IMG/VR virus record: IMGVR_UViG_3300020733_000020
Location: 1 to 55,414 of that record
From: a virus
Taxonomy: Duplodnaviria > Caudoviricetes
Length of the DNA stretch: 55,414 nt
Reading direction: 5' to 3' (one strand)
Part shown: piece by piece, positions 7,531 to 18,400 of the stretch
How the letters are laid out: the number at the start of each line of letters is the position of its first letter
Position numbering within the stretch: the stretch's first letter is position 1
The notes under the pieces: generated by a model
What the model saw: the letters and a program-made list of their open reading frames with translations, nothing else
Database searches by the model: none
Told to the model about the DNA's origin: nothing
Position numbers and translations under genes: made by a program

Positions 7531-9756
7531 ATGGGTGTAGATTTAGCAAAAGTAGCAGGAGCAACAGCCGCAGTTGGTGTAGCGGCAGCGGCAGTATCAT
7601 CATTGTCATCTTCTGGACCGGCTACTGGATTGTCGGCAACAGCTGGTTCTAACGGAGGATCGGGATTCTTCAGTAAATTATTATCTGGGGTTAAACCTCC
7701 TAAAGTACCTATTCCAAATCCGTTGTTTAAGTATGCTAGCTATACATATGAAATTGGTTTAGGTGTATTGCCCGACGGACATTTATTAAACCCTGACAAA
7801 TATATGAAAGGTTCAGTACCTTTAATTTTTAAATCTGCTGGAACAAGTCCTCTCAATAGAGTTAAAACTCCTTACGGCGCCTTTGATTTTTATATCAATG
7901 ATTTAGTTATGGATTGCTTACCTGTACTCCAGTCTAATAGTATATCTAATGTTACAAACTTTACATTTAATGTTATTGAACCATACAGCATGGGGATGTT
8001 TTTAATTGCTTTACAAACTGCGGCTCAAAAATATGCGCAACAAGACAACTGGCTTCAAGCTCCTTTCCTACTAACAATAGATTTTAGAGGCGTAACTGAA
8101 AGCGGGCAAATGGTTAACATACCTAATACTAGTCGCAAAATACCTATTAAACTTACTAATGCCGCCATGACTGTAGATGAAAAAGGTTGCGTCTATGCCA
8201 TGCAGGCTATCCCATGGGGTGCGACAGCTCAATCAAAAGCAGATGCAGGTATAAAATCAGATATTTCTATATCAGGAACTACAGTACAAGAAATGTTGCA
8301 GACTGGAGAAAAAAGTCTTCAGGCTGTTATAAATGCAAAATTAAAACAACAAAAAGAAAAAGGTATAGTACCAGTACCAGATGAAATAGTAATTATATTT
8401 CCTACAGATATTTCTAGCGGCGGCAACAGTAAAAAGAATGACAAAACAGAAAGTTCATCATCTGCAACTACTCCTGTTAGTATAGATGCTATTGCTAAAC
8501 AGTTAAAATTAACAAGAACCGGAGCGATTGGTTCAGATAAAAATGTTAATCTTGTGCAGGCCGATGCTGATTGTAATATCATAGGACAATCAAAATTAGG
8601 ATTTAGTGATTTAAGAAAAGGTTATCAACCAGTAGGCAAAGACAAAGAAATATACAATACTGTTAAAGATGTTAATGTTCGATCTAATAATGTCACCGAT
8701 GTAACATTATCTGATTTTAAATTTAGCCAAGGTACTGATATCATGAACGCTATTAATCAAGTAATATTGAATAGTGATTATGTAACTAAAGCATTAGAAA
8801 AAGGTCAAATTGATAATAAAGGTCAACGCCAGTGGTGGAACATAGATACACAAGTTTATAATCGATCCACTGATGAAAATTATGCTGTTACTGGAATGAA
8901 ACCTAGGGTAATTGTTTATAGAGTTATACCATATCTAGTTCATACTGCTAACAAAAGCGCACCTAATCAATTGCCCATTGGAATGAGTGAATTAGGCGCA
9001 GAAATAGTTAAACAATACAATTATATCTATACAGGAAAAAATGTAGATATTATTAAATTTAATATTCAATTTGAGTTTAGTCAAATTGGAATCATGGGAC
9101 AAGCTACCCTTGCACAAACACAAGATGAACGTAAAGCCGCTGAATCAGCCGGTGCTAAAGATAAAAAAGAAGATAATAAATCACAACCACAACCGCCAGG
9201 TAATAAACCTTCTCTACTAACTGGAGTATTATCTACAGCGCAACGATGGATAGAATATGTTACTGGAACAGACTATAATGGTGGCGGCGGTAATGAAAAT
9301 TTTGCCACTAGGGCGGCAAGATCATTTCATGATGCTGTAACAAGTCCAGGAGACATGGTAGATTTAGAAATGGAAATTATTGGAGATCCTTATTATATAA
9401 TACAAAGTGGATCGGGGCCTTACACTAGTGCTATACAATCACAAAATTTAAATCAAGATGGTTCTATGGCACACTTAAATGGCGAAGTACACATTTCTGT
9501 AACTTTTACAACGCCAGTAGATATAAATTTATCTACAGGATTATACGACTTTGGCAAAACAAAAACAGCACCGGTAAAGCCATGGACAGGTTATTATAGA
9601 TTAACTGGCATTACTAGTAAATTCAAAGACGGAACATTTACACAAACACTAGTTGGATCTCGTATCCCGGGGCAAGAACAACCTAAATCTAATGCGGCCA
9701 CTCCTGATACTACATACAACATACAAAATAAAACAGAACAAAAATCTAGCAAATAA
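7531..9756 (+). CDS. Baseplate hub protein (gp27/gpD-like), putative
   Basis: Lies between the gp53-like and gp5-like genes. K.YNYIYTGKN.DI, LEMEIIGDPYYI and GYYRL..I.S.F..G.FTQ.L are typical of hub C-termini. Confidence 0.6.
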   Translation: MGVDLAKVAGATAAVGVAAAAVSSLSSSGPATGLSATAGSNGGSGFFSKLLSGVKPPKVPIPNPLFKYASYTYEIGLGVLPDGHLLNPDKYMKGSVPLIFKSAGTSPLNRVKTPYGAFDFYINDLVMDCLPVLQSNSISNVTNFTFNVIEPYSMGMFLIALQTAAQKYAQQDNWLQAPFLLTIDFRGVTESGQMVNIPNTSRKIPIKLTNAAMTVDEKGCVYAMQAIPWGATAQSKADAGIKSDISISGTTVQEMLQTGEKSLQAVINAKLKQQKEKGIVPVPDEIVIIFPTDISSGGNSKKNDKTESSSSATTPVSIDAIAKQLKLTRTGAIGSDKNVNLVQADADCNIIGQSKLGFSDLRKGYQPVGKDKEIYNTVKDVNVRSNNVTDVTLSDFKFSQGTDIMNAINQVILNSDYVTKALEKGQIDNKGQRQWWNIDTQVYNRSTDENYAVTGMKPRVIVYRVIPYLVHTANKSAPNQLPIGMSELGAEIVKQYNYIYTGKNVDIIKFNIQFEFSQIGIMGQATLAQTQDERKAAESAGAKDKKEDNKSQPQPPGNKPSLLTGVLSTAQRWIEYVTGTDYNGGGGNENFATRAARSFHDAVTSPGDMVDLEMEIIGDPYYIIQSGSGPYTSAIQSQNLNQDGSMAHLNGEVHISVTFTTPVDINLSTGLYDFGKTKTAPVKPWTGYYRLTGITSKFKDGTFTQTLVGSRIPGQEQPKSNAATPDTTYNIQNKTEQKSSK

Positions 9757-9758
9757 CT

Positions 9759-11396
9759 ATGGCAAAAATAACCGATTACTACTCTCCAAAAGAAATAGAA
9801 CCGTCGTCACCTGGCCCATTTCTTGCGTCTGTAGTTAGTCATCAAGATCCTACTTACATGGGAATACTTGAGGTTGAAATTCTAAGACCATCTGGATCAA
9901 CACAATCTGGATCTCAAGGACAATTACATCAAGTAAGATATCTAAGTCCGTTTTATGGTGTTACTAAATTAGCTGATACTAATACTGACCCTAATGCAAA
10001 TAATTTTACTAATAGTCAACAAAGCTATGGTATGTGGTTTGTTCCGCCAGATGTAGGAACTACTGTTGTTGTAATTTTTATTGACGGTGATCCAAAGCGT
10101 GGATTCTGGATGGGATGTGTAGCAGACGACAATATGAATTTTATGTTGCCAGGCATACCTGCCACACAAAACACAGTTGAAACTACACCTGGAGATAATA
10201 ATCCAGATCCGCATTTAGGCCGTGCACCTACCGGAGAGTATAACAAATTAATTGACGGGAACAATGCGCCTGGCGACCCAGAAGCACTTAAAAAACCTCA
10301 ACATCCTCTTTATGCAATTTTACAAAATCAAGGATTAAGCCTAGACGACATTCGAGGACTTACTACAAGTAGTGCTCGTAGAGAAACTCCTAGTATGGTA
10401 TTTGGAGTTAGCACTCCAGGCCCATTAGACAAGCGAGCCGGAGCTCGTAGAGGAACACAAGGTAAAAAAGAATACGAAATAAAAAGTGCTCCACTTAGTC
10501 GCTTGGGTGGTAGTAGTTTTGTTATGGATGACGGTGATGACAAGTTCATTAGGATGACAAAAGCTAATGCCGGTCCTCCTGCATATGAATCAGTTGAAGC
10601 ATTACCAGACGGACAAAAACCAGCTGGTGATCAAACACTCCCTCACAATGAATTGGTTCGTATTCGTACACGAACTGGACATCAAATACTTTTACACAAT
10701 TCGGAAGATTTAATTTATATTGCCAATGCTGCCGGTACTGCTTGGATAGAATTATCTAGTATGGGAAAAATTGATATATTTGCCGCAGACAGTATTAGTG
10801 TGCATACTCAATCAGATATGAATTTTTATGCCGACCGTGATGTTAATATAGAAGCTGGTAGAAATATTAATATGAAATCTAAAACAAGAACACAATTAGA
10901 AACAATGGGTGATCTTAATGTTCTTGTAGGTGGTAATTACAAAGTAAATGTAGTAGGTGATTACATTAATGTATTAAAAGATTTCAATGTAACTACTACT
11001 AAATCAATAAACTTAACCAGTTTAAATACAAATTTAAAAAGCAGTAATAATATTTTAATGACAGCATCTACAATAGGTGAAAACGGTCCGCCAGCCGCAT
11101 CTGCACTAGCAACTGCACCATCGGTATTAACAACATTTGACAACATATATGATTTAAAAGGATCTAAAATTACCAGTATCATGAAACGTATTCCAAATCA
11201 TGAGCCTTGGCCACAACATGAAAATTTAGATCCGTTGTTTATGACTACAAGTGCTACAGATAGAGAAAATACTGAACCTGTTACATTTACTGCAAATAAA
11301 AATAATCAACTAATTCCGCAATATTATGGTGTCTATACAACTGCAACAGATACCTTTACAAAATACAAAGGAACCGCAAGCAGTAAAGGAGCATAA
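9759..11396 (+). CDS. Baseplate central spike, gp5/VgrG-like
   Basis: OB-fold motif DP..MG.L.V and SYGMWFVPPDVG..V.V.F.DGD...GFW.GC; RIRTRTGHQI; beta-helix-like repeats. Confidence 0.8.
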   Translation: MAKITDYYSPKEIEPSSPGPFLASVVSHQDPTYMGILEVEILRPSGSTQSGSQGQLHQVRYLSPFYGVTKLADTNTDPNANNFTNSQQSYGMWFVPPDVGTTVVVIFIDGDPKRGFWMGCVADDNMNFMLPGIPATQNTVETTPGDNNPDPHLGRAPTGEYNKLIDGNNAPGDPEALKKPQHPLYAILQNQGLSLDDIRGLTTSSARRETPSMVFGVSTPGPLDKRAGARRGTQGKKEYEIKSAPLSRLGGSSFVMDDGDDKFIRMTKANAGPPAYESVEALPDGQKPAGDQTLPHNELVRIRTRTGHQILLHNSEDLIYIANAAGTAWIELSSMGKIDIFAADSISVHTQSDMNFYADRDVNIEAGRNINMKSKTRTQLETMGDLNVLVGGNYKVNVVGDYINVLKDFNVTTTKSINLTSLNTNLKSSNNILMTASTIGENGPPAASALATAPSVLTTFDNIYDLKGSKITSIMKRIPNHEPWPQHENLDPLFMTTSATDRENTEPVTFTANKNNQLIPQYYGVYTTATDTFTKYKGTASSKGA

Positions 11397-11398
11397 TT

Positions 11399-11845
11399 AT
11401 GGCCAACAGTCTATATACTAAAAAAGTTATCACAACAAAAGCTACAGCAAACGCACCTTCTACTCCAAGAATGTATAGAGGATTCAGCACAGTTAGCACA
11501 AATACGCAAAATTTTGCCTTGTATGATTTTGAACTTATTAAACAAGATTTAATAAATCATTTTCATGTTCGACAGGGTGAAAGATTAATGAATCCCACAT
11601 ACGGATGTGTAATATGGGACCTGTTGTTTGAGCCGTTGACTGCTGAACTCAAAGAAGTAATTTTACAAAATGTTAATCAAATAGTTAATTTTGATCCTCG
11701 TATACAAGCTGAAAATGTACTAGTAACAACATACGATACTGGTATACAAATAGAAGCTATGTTAAAATATGTTCCTTATAATTTGCAAGAAAAATTACAG
11801 ATTCAATTTGATCAAGTTAACGGCCTAACAGCACAAACCGCATAA
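11399..11845 (+). CDS. Baseplate wedge subunit, gp25-like
   Basis: D.ELIKQDL.NHF....GERLMNP.YG..IWDLLFEP and DPR motifs of the gp25/GPW family. Confidence 0.88.
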   Translation: MANSLYTKKVITTKATANAPSTPRMYRGFSTVSTNTQNFALYDFELIKQDLINHFHVRQGERLMNPTYGCVIWDLLFEPLTAELKEVILQNVNQIVNFDPRIQAENVLVTTYDTGIQIEAMLKYVPYNLQEKLQIQFDQVNGLTAQTA

Positions 11846-11866
11846 AATACGCATATAATTTTATCA

Positions 11867-11874
11867 AATAAATA
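11867..11874 (+). promoter_or_regulatory. Late promoter-like motif (AATAAATA)
   Basis: Intergenic TAAATA upstream of the AGGA SD and the ATG at 11893. Confidence 0.55.
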
Positions 11875-11892
11875 CAGTTATTAGGATCAATC

Positions 11893-14800
11893 ATGAGTTC
11901 AACTACTAGACAAAACAATCTACTACTAGCAGAAGATTGGCAAAAGATATATCAAAGTTTTAGAAATGCAGATTTCCAAAGCTATGATTTTGACAATCTA
12001 CGCCGTACTATGATTGACTATATTCGTACAAATTTTCCTGAAGATTTTAACGATTACATCGAGTCTAGCGAATATCTTGCTTTAATTGATATCATTGCGT
12101 ATGTAGGACAAAGTATTGCTTTCCGTGCAGATTTAAATGCTCGTGAAAACTTTTTAGAATTAGCAGAACGTAGGGAAAGCATATTAAGACTAGCACGTTT
12201 AGTTAGCTATAATGCCAGTAGAAATGTAGCCGCACAAGGTTTATTAAAATTCTCAACAGTACAAACTACAGAAAATGTATTAGATAGTAATGGTAGAGAT
12301 CTAGCTGGACAATATATTAATTGGAATGATAGTAGTAATCCTAATTGGTATGATCAATTTATTAAAGTACTAAATGCGGCATTCCCACAAACACAACAGT
12401 TTGGAAATCCATCAGACAGTGCCACAATTTATGGTGTGCCTACAGCACAGTACAGATTTAATGCCAACAACACCGATGTTCCTGTTTATGCTTTTACAAA
12501 AACAGTAGCAGGTAGAAACATGGATTTTGAAATTACCAGCACTAGTTTTACAAATGAAACCTTTATATATGAAGAGCCTCCAAAAATTGCCAATCAAATT
12601 GCCTGTGTCTATAAAGATGATGGCTATGGTGCTGGAAGTCCCGGTACTGGTTTCTTTTTTAATTTTACTCAAGGTACATTAAACACCGGAACATTTTCAG
12701 TTACTAATCCTAGTACTAATGAATCAATTGATATTAACACACCTAACATCAATGACAGTGATGTATGGCTATATCAGTTAAATCAAAGTACAGGACTTGA
12801 AAGCACCTTATGGACTAAGATTCCTGCACTAACTGGTAATAATGTTATATACAATTCTGTAAATCAAAAAACTAGTACTATATATGCAGTAACTACGAAA
12901 GTAAGTGATGCAGTTAGTTTAAATTTTGCCGACGGTATCTTTGGTAGTTTACCTAATGGTGATTTTAGAGTATATTATAGAATTAGTAACGGGTTGACAT
13001 ATACTATTAATCCGGCAGATATTGTTAATGTATCTATAGCAATACCTTATATTTCTGCTCTAGGCGCACCGCAAACATTAACAGTTAGTTTAAGTTTAGC
13101 AAGTTCAGTAATTAATGCTACAGCATCTGAAACTAACGATAGTGTTAAACAAAATGCACCGCAAACATACTATACACAGAATCGTATGATAACAGGCGAG
13201 GACTATAATATTAGTCCGCTTGCCGCTAATTTGCAAGTTGCTAAAGTAAAATCTATTAACAGAACATCGAGCGGTATTAGTCGTTATTTTGACTTAACAG
13301 ATCCAACAGGAAAATATTCTAGCACAAATTTATTTGCCGATGACGGCGTAATTTATCAACAACAGTATACTACGGGTACTACATTTTCAGTATCTGGCAG
13401 TCAAGTAGACGGCGCATATATTCAAGGTGTTATAGACAATACTGTAATGCCAATTCTTGAAGATCCTAATCTTAGAAATTTCTTTTATTCAAATTTTGTA
13501 ACTTATACTGCCTCTAGTTTAAATGTTTCATGGTTCTCAGTTACTAACGACAGTAATAGTTCAAGTGGTTATATTGGCGGAACATCAACAACTACTCCAT
13601 TTACTGTTGGAAGTTATACACTTACAGATTTGAAATATATCACAGCAGGAGCATTAATTAAATTTACAGCACCAACTGGGTATTATTTTGATACTAAACA
13701 AAAAAATAAACTAGTAGCTGGTACTACTTTGCCTAGCGGTGGAACAAATTATTTGTGGGCAACTGTAGTTTCTGTCAACGGAGACGGTACTGCTAGCGGA
13801 ACAGGAGTCCTATCAACAGGCTTTGGTGCGATTGTGTTGAGCAAAGTTTTACCGACACTAACTGATAGTACAGGTAAAATTATAGCGGCTCCTGTAGTTT
13901 CTCAAATTATACCACAATTTAGTACAACATTAACTTCTAGTGTACAAGCATCAATGATTGATTTAATCCTTAGTAATTCATCATTTGGATTAAGATACGA
14001 TGCTAGTACTACAAGCTGGCAAATTATTTTTGAACAAAATTTAAATATTAATTCAACATTTAATTTGCAATATCAAGGCAACAATACTAACACTCAGCAG
14101 GACGCCAGCTGGTTGTTGTTGTTTACTACTGACACATTGACATACACTATTACAGAACGTGCTGTTCGTTATGTGTTTGAAAGTGATGCAGAAGTTACAT
14201 TTTATTTTGACGACAGTGTAAAAATTTATGATATAGTAGGATCAAATACTATAACAGATCTTGTTAAAATTTTAAACATTAACACTCAACCAGACTCGCC
14301 TAGCCCTTTCACAATTGATTACCCATGGCAAGTTGTAAGTGAATATATTGGACAAGATGGATATATTGATCCTAAAAAAATTATTATAACATTTGCAGAT
14401 CCAACAAACAGTGGAGTTGTTGATAATCCACAACAGTTTTTAGATATTGTTTCTCCTTCTACTAATTTGTTACACAAGTTTGTTGTACAAAAAAGATATG
14501 AAATTACTCAAGGACAAGAAGATTACAAATATGTTGTTAACGATCCTTTAACTGGACCGGTGCTAGTTTTTAGTACACAAACAGCCGCGTACCCTTTAAG
14601 TCAATGGACTGCCGGACAGTATTTTTATTTTATTGATACACAAACTGTTTTCCAATACTTTCCAACAAATACAACACAGCAATTACAACCAACCTTAGAT
14701 TATAAAGTTTTTGTTGGTAGAGATAATTTAAGATTTCAATATACTCATAGTGCAGATTATGCTAGCCGCATTGATCCGGGATCAAGTAATATCATGGATG

Positions 14801-15411
14801 TCTATGTATTAACACACAGCTATGATATTGCATTTAGACAATGGGCCGCAACTGGCGGAGTAACAACTGAGCCATTACCTCCAAGCCAAGATGAATTAAA
14901 CACATTGCTGTCACCTAATCTTAATCTAATTAAATCTATTAGTGATGAAATCATCTACCATCCAGTAAACTATACATTGTTATTTGGAACTCTAGCTGAT
15001 CCTAGCTTGCAAGCAACTTTTGAAGTTATGATTAATCCTACATCAGCAGTTAGTTCAGCTAATGTAACAGCTCGAGTATTGACAGCAATTAATCAATTCT
15101 TTGCTCTTGAAAATTGGGACTTTGGTGATACGTTTTATTTCTCAGAATTATCAACTTATGTAATGAATCAATTATCACCGGATATTATTACTTTTGTCAT
15201 CGTACCAGTTCAGACTGGGCAATACTTTGGTAGTTTATTTGAAATTAAATGTCCTAACAACAGTATATTTTTAAGTTGTGCTACAGCAACAAACATACAA
15301 GTAGTAGCAGGTTTAACTTCTACTAATCTTAAAACAGTAACAGGGACAGCATTGTCGGCAACAGTATCTAGTCAACAAATTACTAGTGCAAATTATGGGG
15401 CAAATAATTAA
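11893..15411 (+). CDS. Baseplate wedge subunit, gp6-like
   Basis: DFDNLR..MIDY; D.IAY; ENFL..AERR.S...LA...SY; F.DG.FG..P; TQNRMITGEDY (compare T4 gp6 Q.R.VT..DY). Confidence 0.85.
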   Translation: MSSTTRQNNLLLAEDWQKIYQSFRNADFQSYDFDNLRRTMIDYIRTNFPEDFNDYIESSEYLALIDIIAYVGQSIAFRADLNARENFLELAERRESILRLARLVSYNASRNVAAQGLLKFSTVQTTENVLDSNGRDLAGQYINWNDSSNPNWYDQFIKVLNAAFPQTQQFGNPSDSATIYGVPTAQYRFNANNTDVPVYAFTKTVAGRNMDFEITSTSFTNETFIYEEPPKIANQIACVYKDDGYGAGSPGTGFFFNFTQGTLNTGTFSVTNPSTNESIDINTPNINDSDVWLYQLNQSTGLESTLWTKIPALTGNNVIYNSVNQKTSTIYAVTTKVSDAVSLNFADGIFGSLPNGDFRVYYRISNGLTYTINPADIVNVSIAIPYISALGAPQTLTVSLSLASSVINATASETNDSVKQNAPQTYYTQNRMITGEDYNISPLAANLQVAKVKSINRTSSGISRYFDLTDPTGKYSSTNLFADDGVIYQQQYTTGTTFSVSGSQVDGAYIQGVIDNTVMPILEDPNLRNFFYSNFVTYTASSLNVSWFSVTNDSNSSSGYIGGTSTTTPFTVGSYTLTDLKYITAGALIKFTAPTGYYFDTKQKNKLVAGTTLPSGGTNYLWATVVSVNGDGTASGTGVLSTGFGAIVLSKVLPTLTDSTGKIIAAPVVSQIIPQFSTTLTSSVQASMIDLILSNSSFGLRYDASTTSWQIIFEQNLNINSTFNLQYQGNNTNTQQDASWLLLFTTDTLTYTITERAVRYVFESDAEVTFYFDDSVKIYDIVGSNTITDLVKILNINTQPDSPSPFTIDYPWQVVSEYIGQDGYIDPKKIIITFADPTNSGVVDNPQQFLDIVSPSTNLLHKFVVQKRYEITQGQEDYKYVVNDPLTGPVLVFSTQTAAYPLSQWTAGQYFYFIDTQTVFQYFPTNTTQQLQPTLDYKVFVGRDNLRFQYTHSADYASRIDPGSSNIMDVYVLTHSYDIAFRQWAATGGVTTEPLPPSQDELNTLLSPNLNLIKSISDEIIYHPVNYTLLFGTLADPSLQATFEVMINPTSAVSSANVTARVLTAINQFFALENWDFGDTFYFSELSTYVMNQLSPDIITFVIVPVQTGQYFGSLFEIKCPNNSIFLSCATATNIQVVAGLTSTNLKTVTGTALSATVSSQQITSANYGANN

Positions 15412-18400
15412 TGGCAACAAATGGTAACATTCCAACAGGTAACACTGGCCTAGGTGTAAATTTTCTTCCAGATTTTTATCAAACACCTGCAAACAAAAAA
15501 TTCTTACAAGCAACCCTTGATCAATTATATCAACCAGGCACAGTAACAAAGACTAGCGGATTTATTGGTCGAGAAAATGCCAAAGCGGCAACAGGTACAG
15601 ATGTATATGTGCAAGCAGCCTCTACTGTTAGACAAAATTATCAACTTGAGCCGGGAATGGTAATCAAAGATAATTTAGGAAATGTCACATTTTTTAAAGA
15701 TTATCAAGATTACATTAATCAATTGAATGTATTTGGAGCCAATACTAAAGACCATGCACGATTAAATGCACAAGAGTTTTATAGCTGGGATCCACATATT
15801 GATTGGGATAAGTTTGTTAACTTCCAAGATTATTACTGGATGCCTTATGGCCCTGACGTAATTAGAATTTATGGACAGCAACAAAATGCAGTTAGCACGT
15901 ATACTGTAGAAATACAATCTGAAAGCAATGTTAATGAATATTTGTTCACACCTAATGGATTAGATTTAAATCCAACTATTAAATTATATAGAGGACAAAC
16001 TTATAATTTTGTTATTAACAGCCCAAGCAATGTTTTTAGTATTAAAACAACTAGATCAATTGGTTCAAGTGATCGGTATGCTACAGGCATTACAAATAAC
16101 GGCATAACTGACGGGGTAATAACTTTTGCAGTTCCAGTTGATGCACCGGATCTTTTATATTATCAAAGCGAAACAGATAGTTATCTTGGTGGTGCAATTG
16201 AGATTTTTGACTATCTAGAAAATTCTAGCATTGATGTTGAGAACGAATTTCTTGGTAAAAAAACTTATACACTAAGCAACGGAACAGCAGTAAGCAACGG
16301 TATGAAAGTACAGTTTGGCGGTAATGTTACACCTGCAGAGTATGCTACCGGAAGTTATTATGTAGAAGGAGTAGGTACAGCTATTAAACTAGTGCCAAGC
16401 TCTCAACTAGAAATTGTTACTTCTTATACTACAAATAATCCTATTAATTTTGATGCAACATCGTTTGATGTAAGCCCATTTGATGATGCTACCGGATTTG
16501 CTAGTATTCAAGATTATATTGTTGTTAATCGTGCTAGTAGAGATCATAATCCGTGGACTCGATACAATCGTTGGTTCCATAAAGATGTAGTTATAGCATC
16601 GGCATCATATAATAAAGATGTGCCTGTTTTAGATCAAACTGCTCGTGCTGTTAGACCAATTATAGAATTCCAAGCTGACCTTAAATTATTCAATATGGGC
16701 ACAACAGCTATAGTCGATGTTGATCTAGTAGATACATTTACTACTAATGTCTTTTCAACTATTGAAGGATCTCGAGGTTATAATGTTGATGGAGTACAAT
16801 TAATACACGGACAAAAAATATTATTTTTAGCAGATACAGATCCATTAGTACAAAATAACATTTATGAAGTTGGTATAGTTAACGTTCGAGGTTATAATCA
16901 AATTACATTAACACAAATTGTAACACCAGAGTTGAATCAATCAACTTTAGTATTGCAAGGCGACAAGAATAAAGGGTTAATGTACTGGTATAACGGTACA
17001 ACATGGACCACTGGTCAGCAAAAATTATCAACTAATCAGCCTCCGTTATTTGATATAGTTGACAGTAATGGTATAAGTTACGGCGATACTAATACATACA
17101 TTGGTAGCTCCTTTGTTGGAACTAAGTTATTTTCATATACTGTTGGTACCGGATCTAATGATATAATTTTAGGATTCCCATTAAGTTATCAAAATGTAAG
17201 TAACATTGGTGATATAGCATTTCAATTTGATTTAGCAACCGATACATTTAACTACAAGCTCAATTCACAATTAATGACAGTGAAAGTCGCATCGGGATAT
17301 CTACTAAGTTTTGATTATTCTGGCAACGAAGTTTTTGTTAACGGTTGGCAAACTTGTACAACTCCTACAGTACAAGCGGCTGTAAGAATATACAAAAATT
17401 CTGGAAAAACTAATGACTTTGCTATTGATGTTTACGATGATATTTCTAATCTTTCAGATTTAATAGTAAAAGTTTATGTTAACGGTATACGTTTAGATCC
17501 TAGCCGTTGGACATTAGTAGCCGGAGCTGCCTATTATGAGATAGTTCTTAATAATGATATTGCAACAACTGATGTGTTGACCATTAGAACATTTGCGGCA
17601 CAACCAATTAACACTAACGGTTATTATGAAATTCCTGTTAACTTACAAAATAATTCTTTAAATTCTAATATTGTTTCTTTTACACTAGGCGAAGTAACTG
17701 ATCACGTAAACAGCATCATTGATAATTTACCATCAAATTTATTTACGGGAGCTTTTCCTGGCGATAGCAATATAAGAGATTTAGGTAATATTACCCAGTA
17801 TGGTACTAAATTTATACAGCATAGCGGACCATTAAGTCTTGCCATGTATCACATTGGTTCAGAAACAAATAATGTTATCAAAGCACTTGAAACTGCACGA
17901 GATGACTATAACAGTTTTAAACGTAATTTTATTTTAACAGCTAGCAATTTAGGTGTTGACGGAACTACAGTACAGTTAGTAGAATTAATTTTACAAAAAA
18001 TTAATAAAGATAAACCTAGTACTGCTCCTTATTATTTTAGTGATATGGTGCCTTATGGTGCTAACACAACGACTGATCTAACAGTTGTAGATTATAGAAT
18101 TAAAACATATCCACTAACTAATGTATTTTCTTTAGATACCTTATCTAGCAAAGCAGTTGGAGTATATCATACTTCAAATAAAGTTAAAGTTCAATTAGTT
18201 TATGGACGTGATTATACTTTTAATAGTCAAGGATTCATTGAAATTACATCAGCGGTAAATTTAATCAACGGCGATATAATTACTACGATTGAATACGATA
18301 GTACTGACGGCTGTTATGTTCCTGCTACTCCTAGCAAGTTAGGAATGTATCCAGCTTATATTCCTCAAATTTATTTAGACACTACATTTTTAAATCCTAT

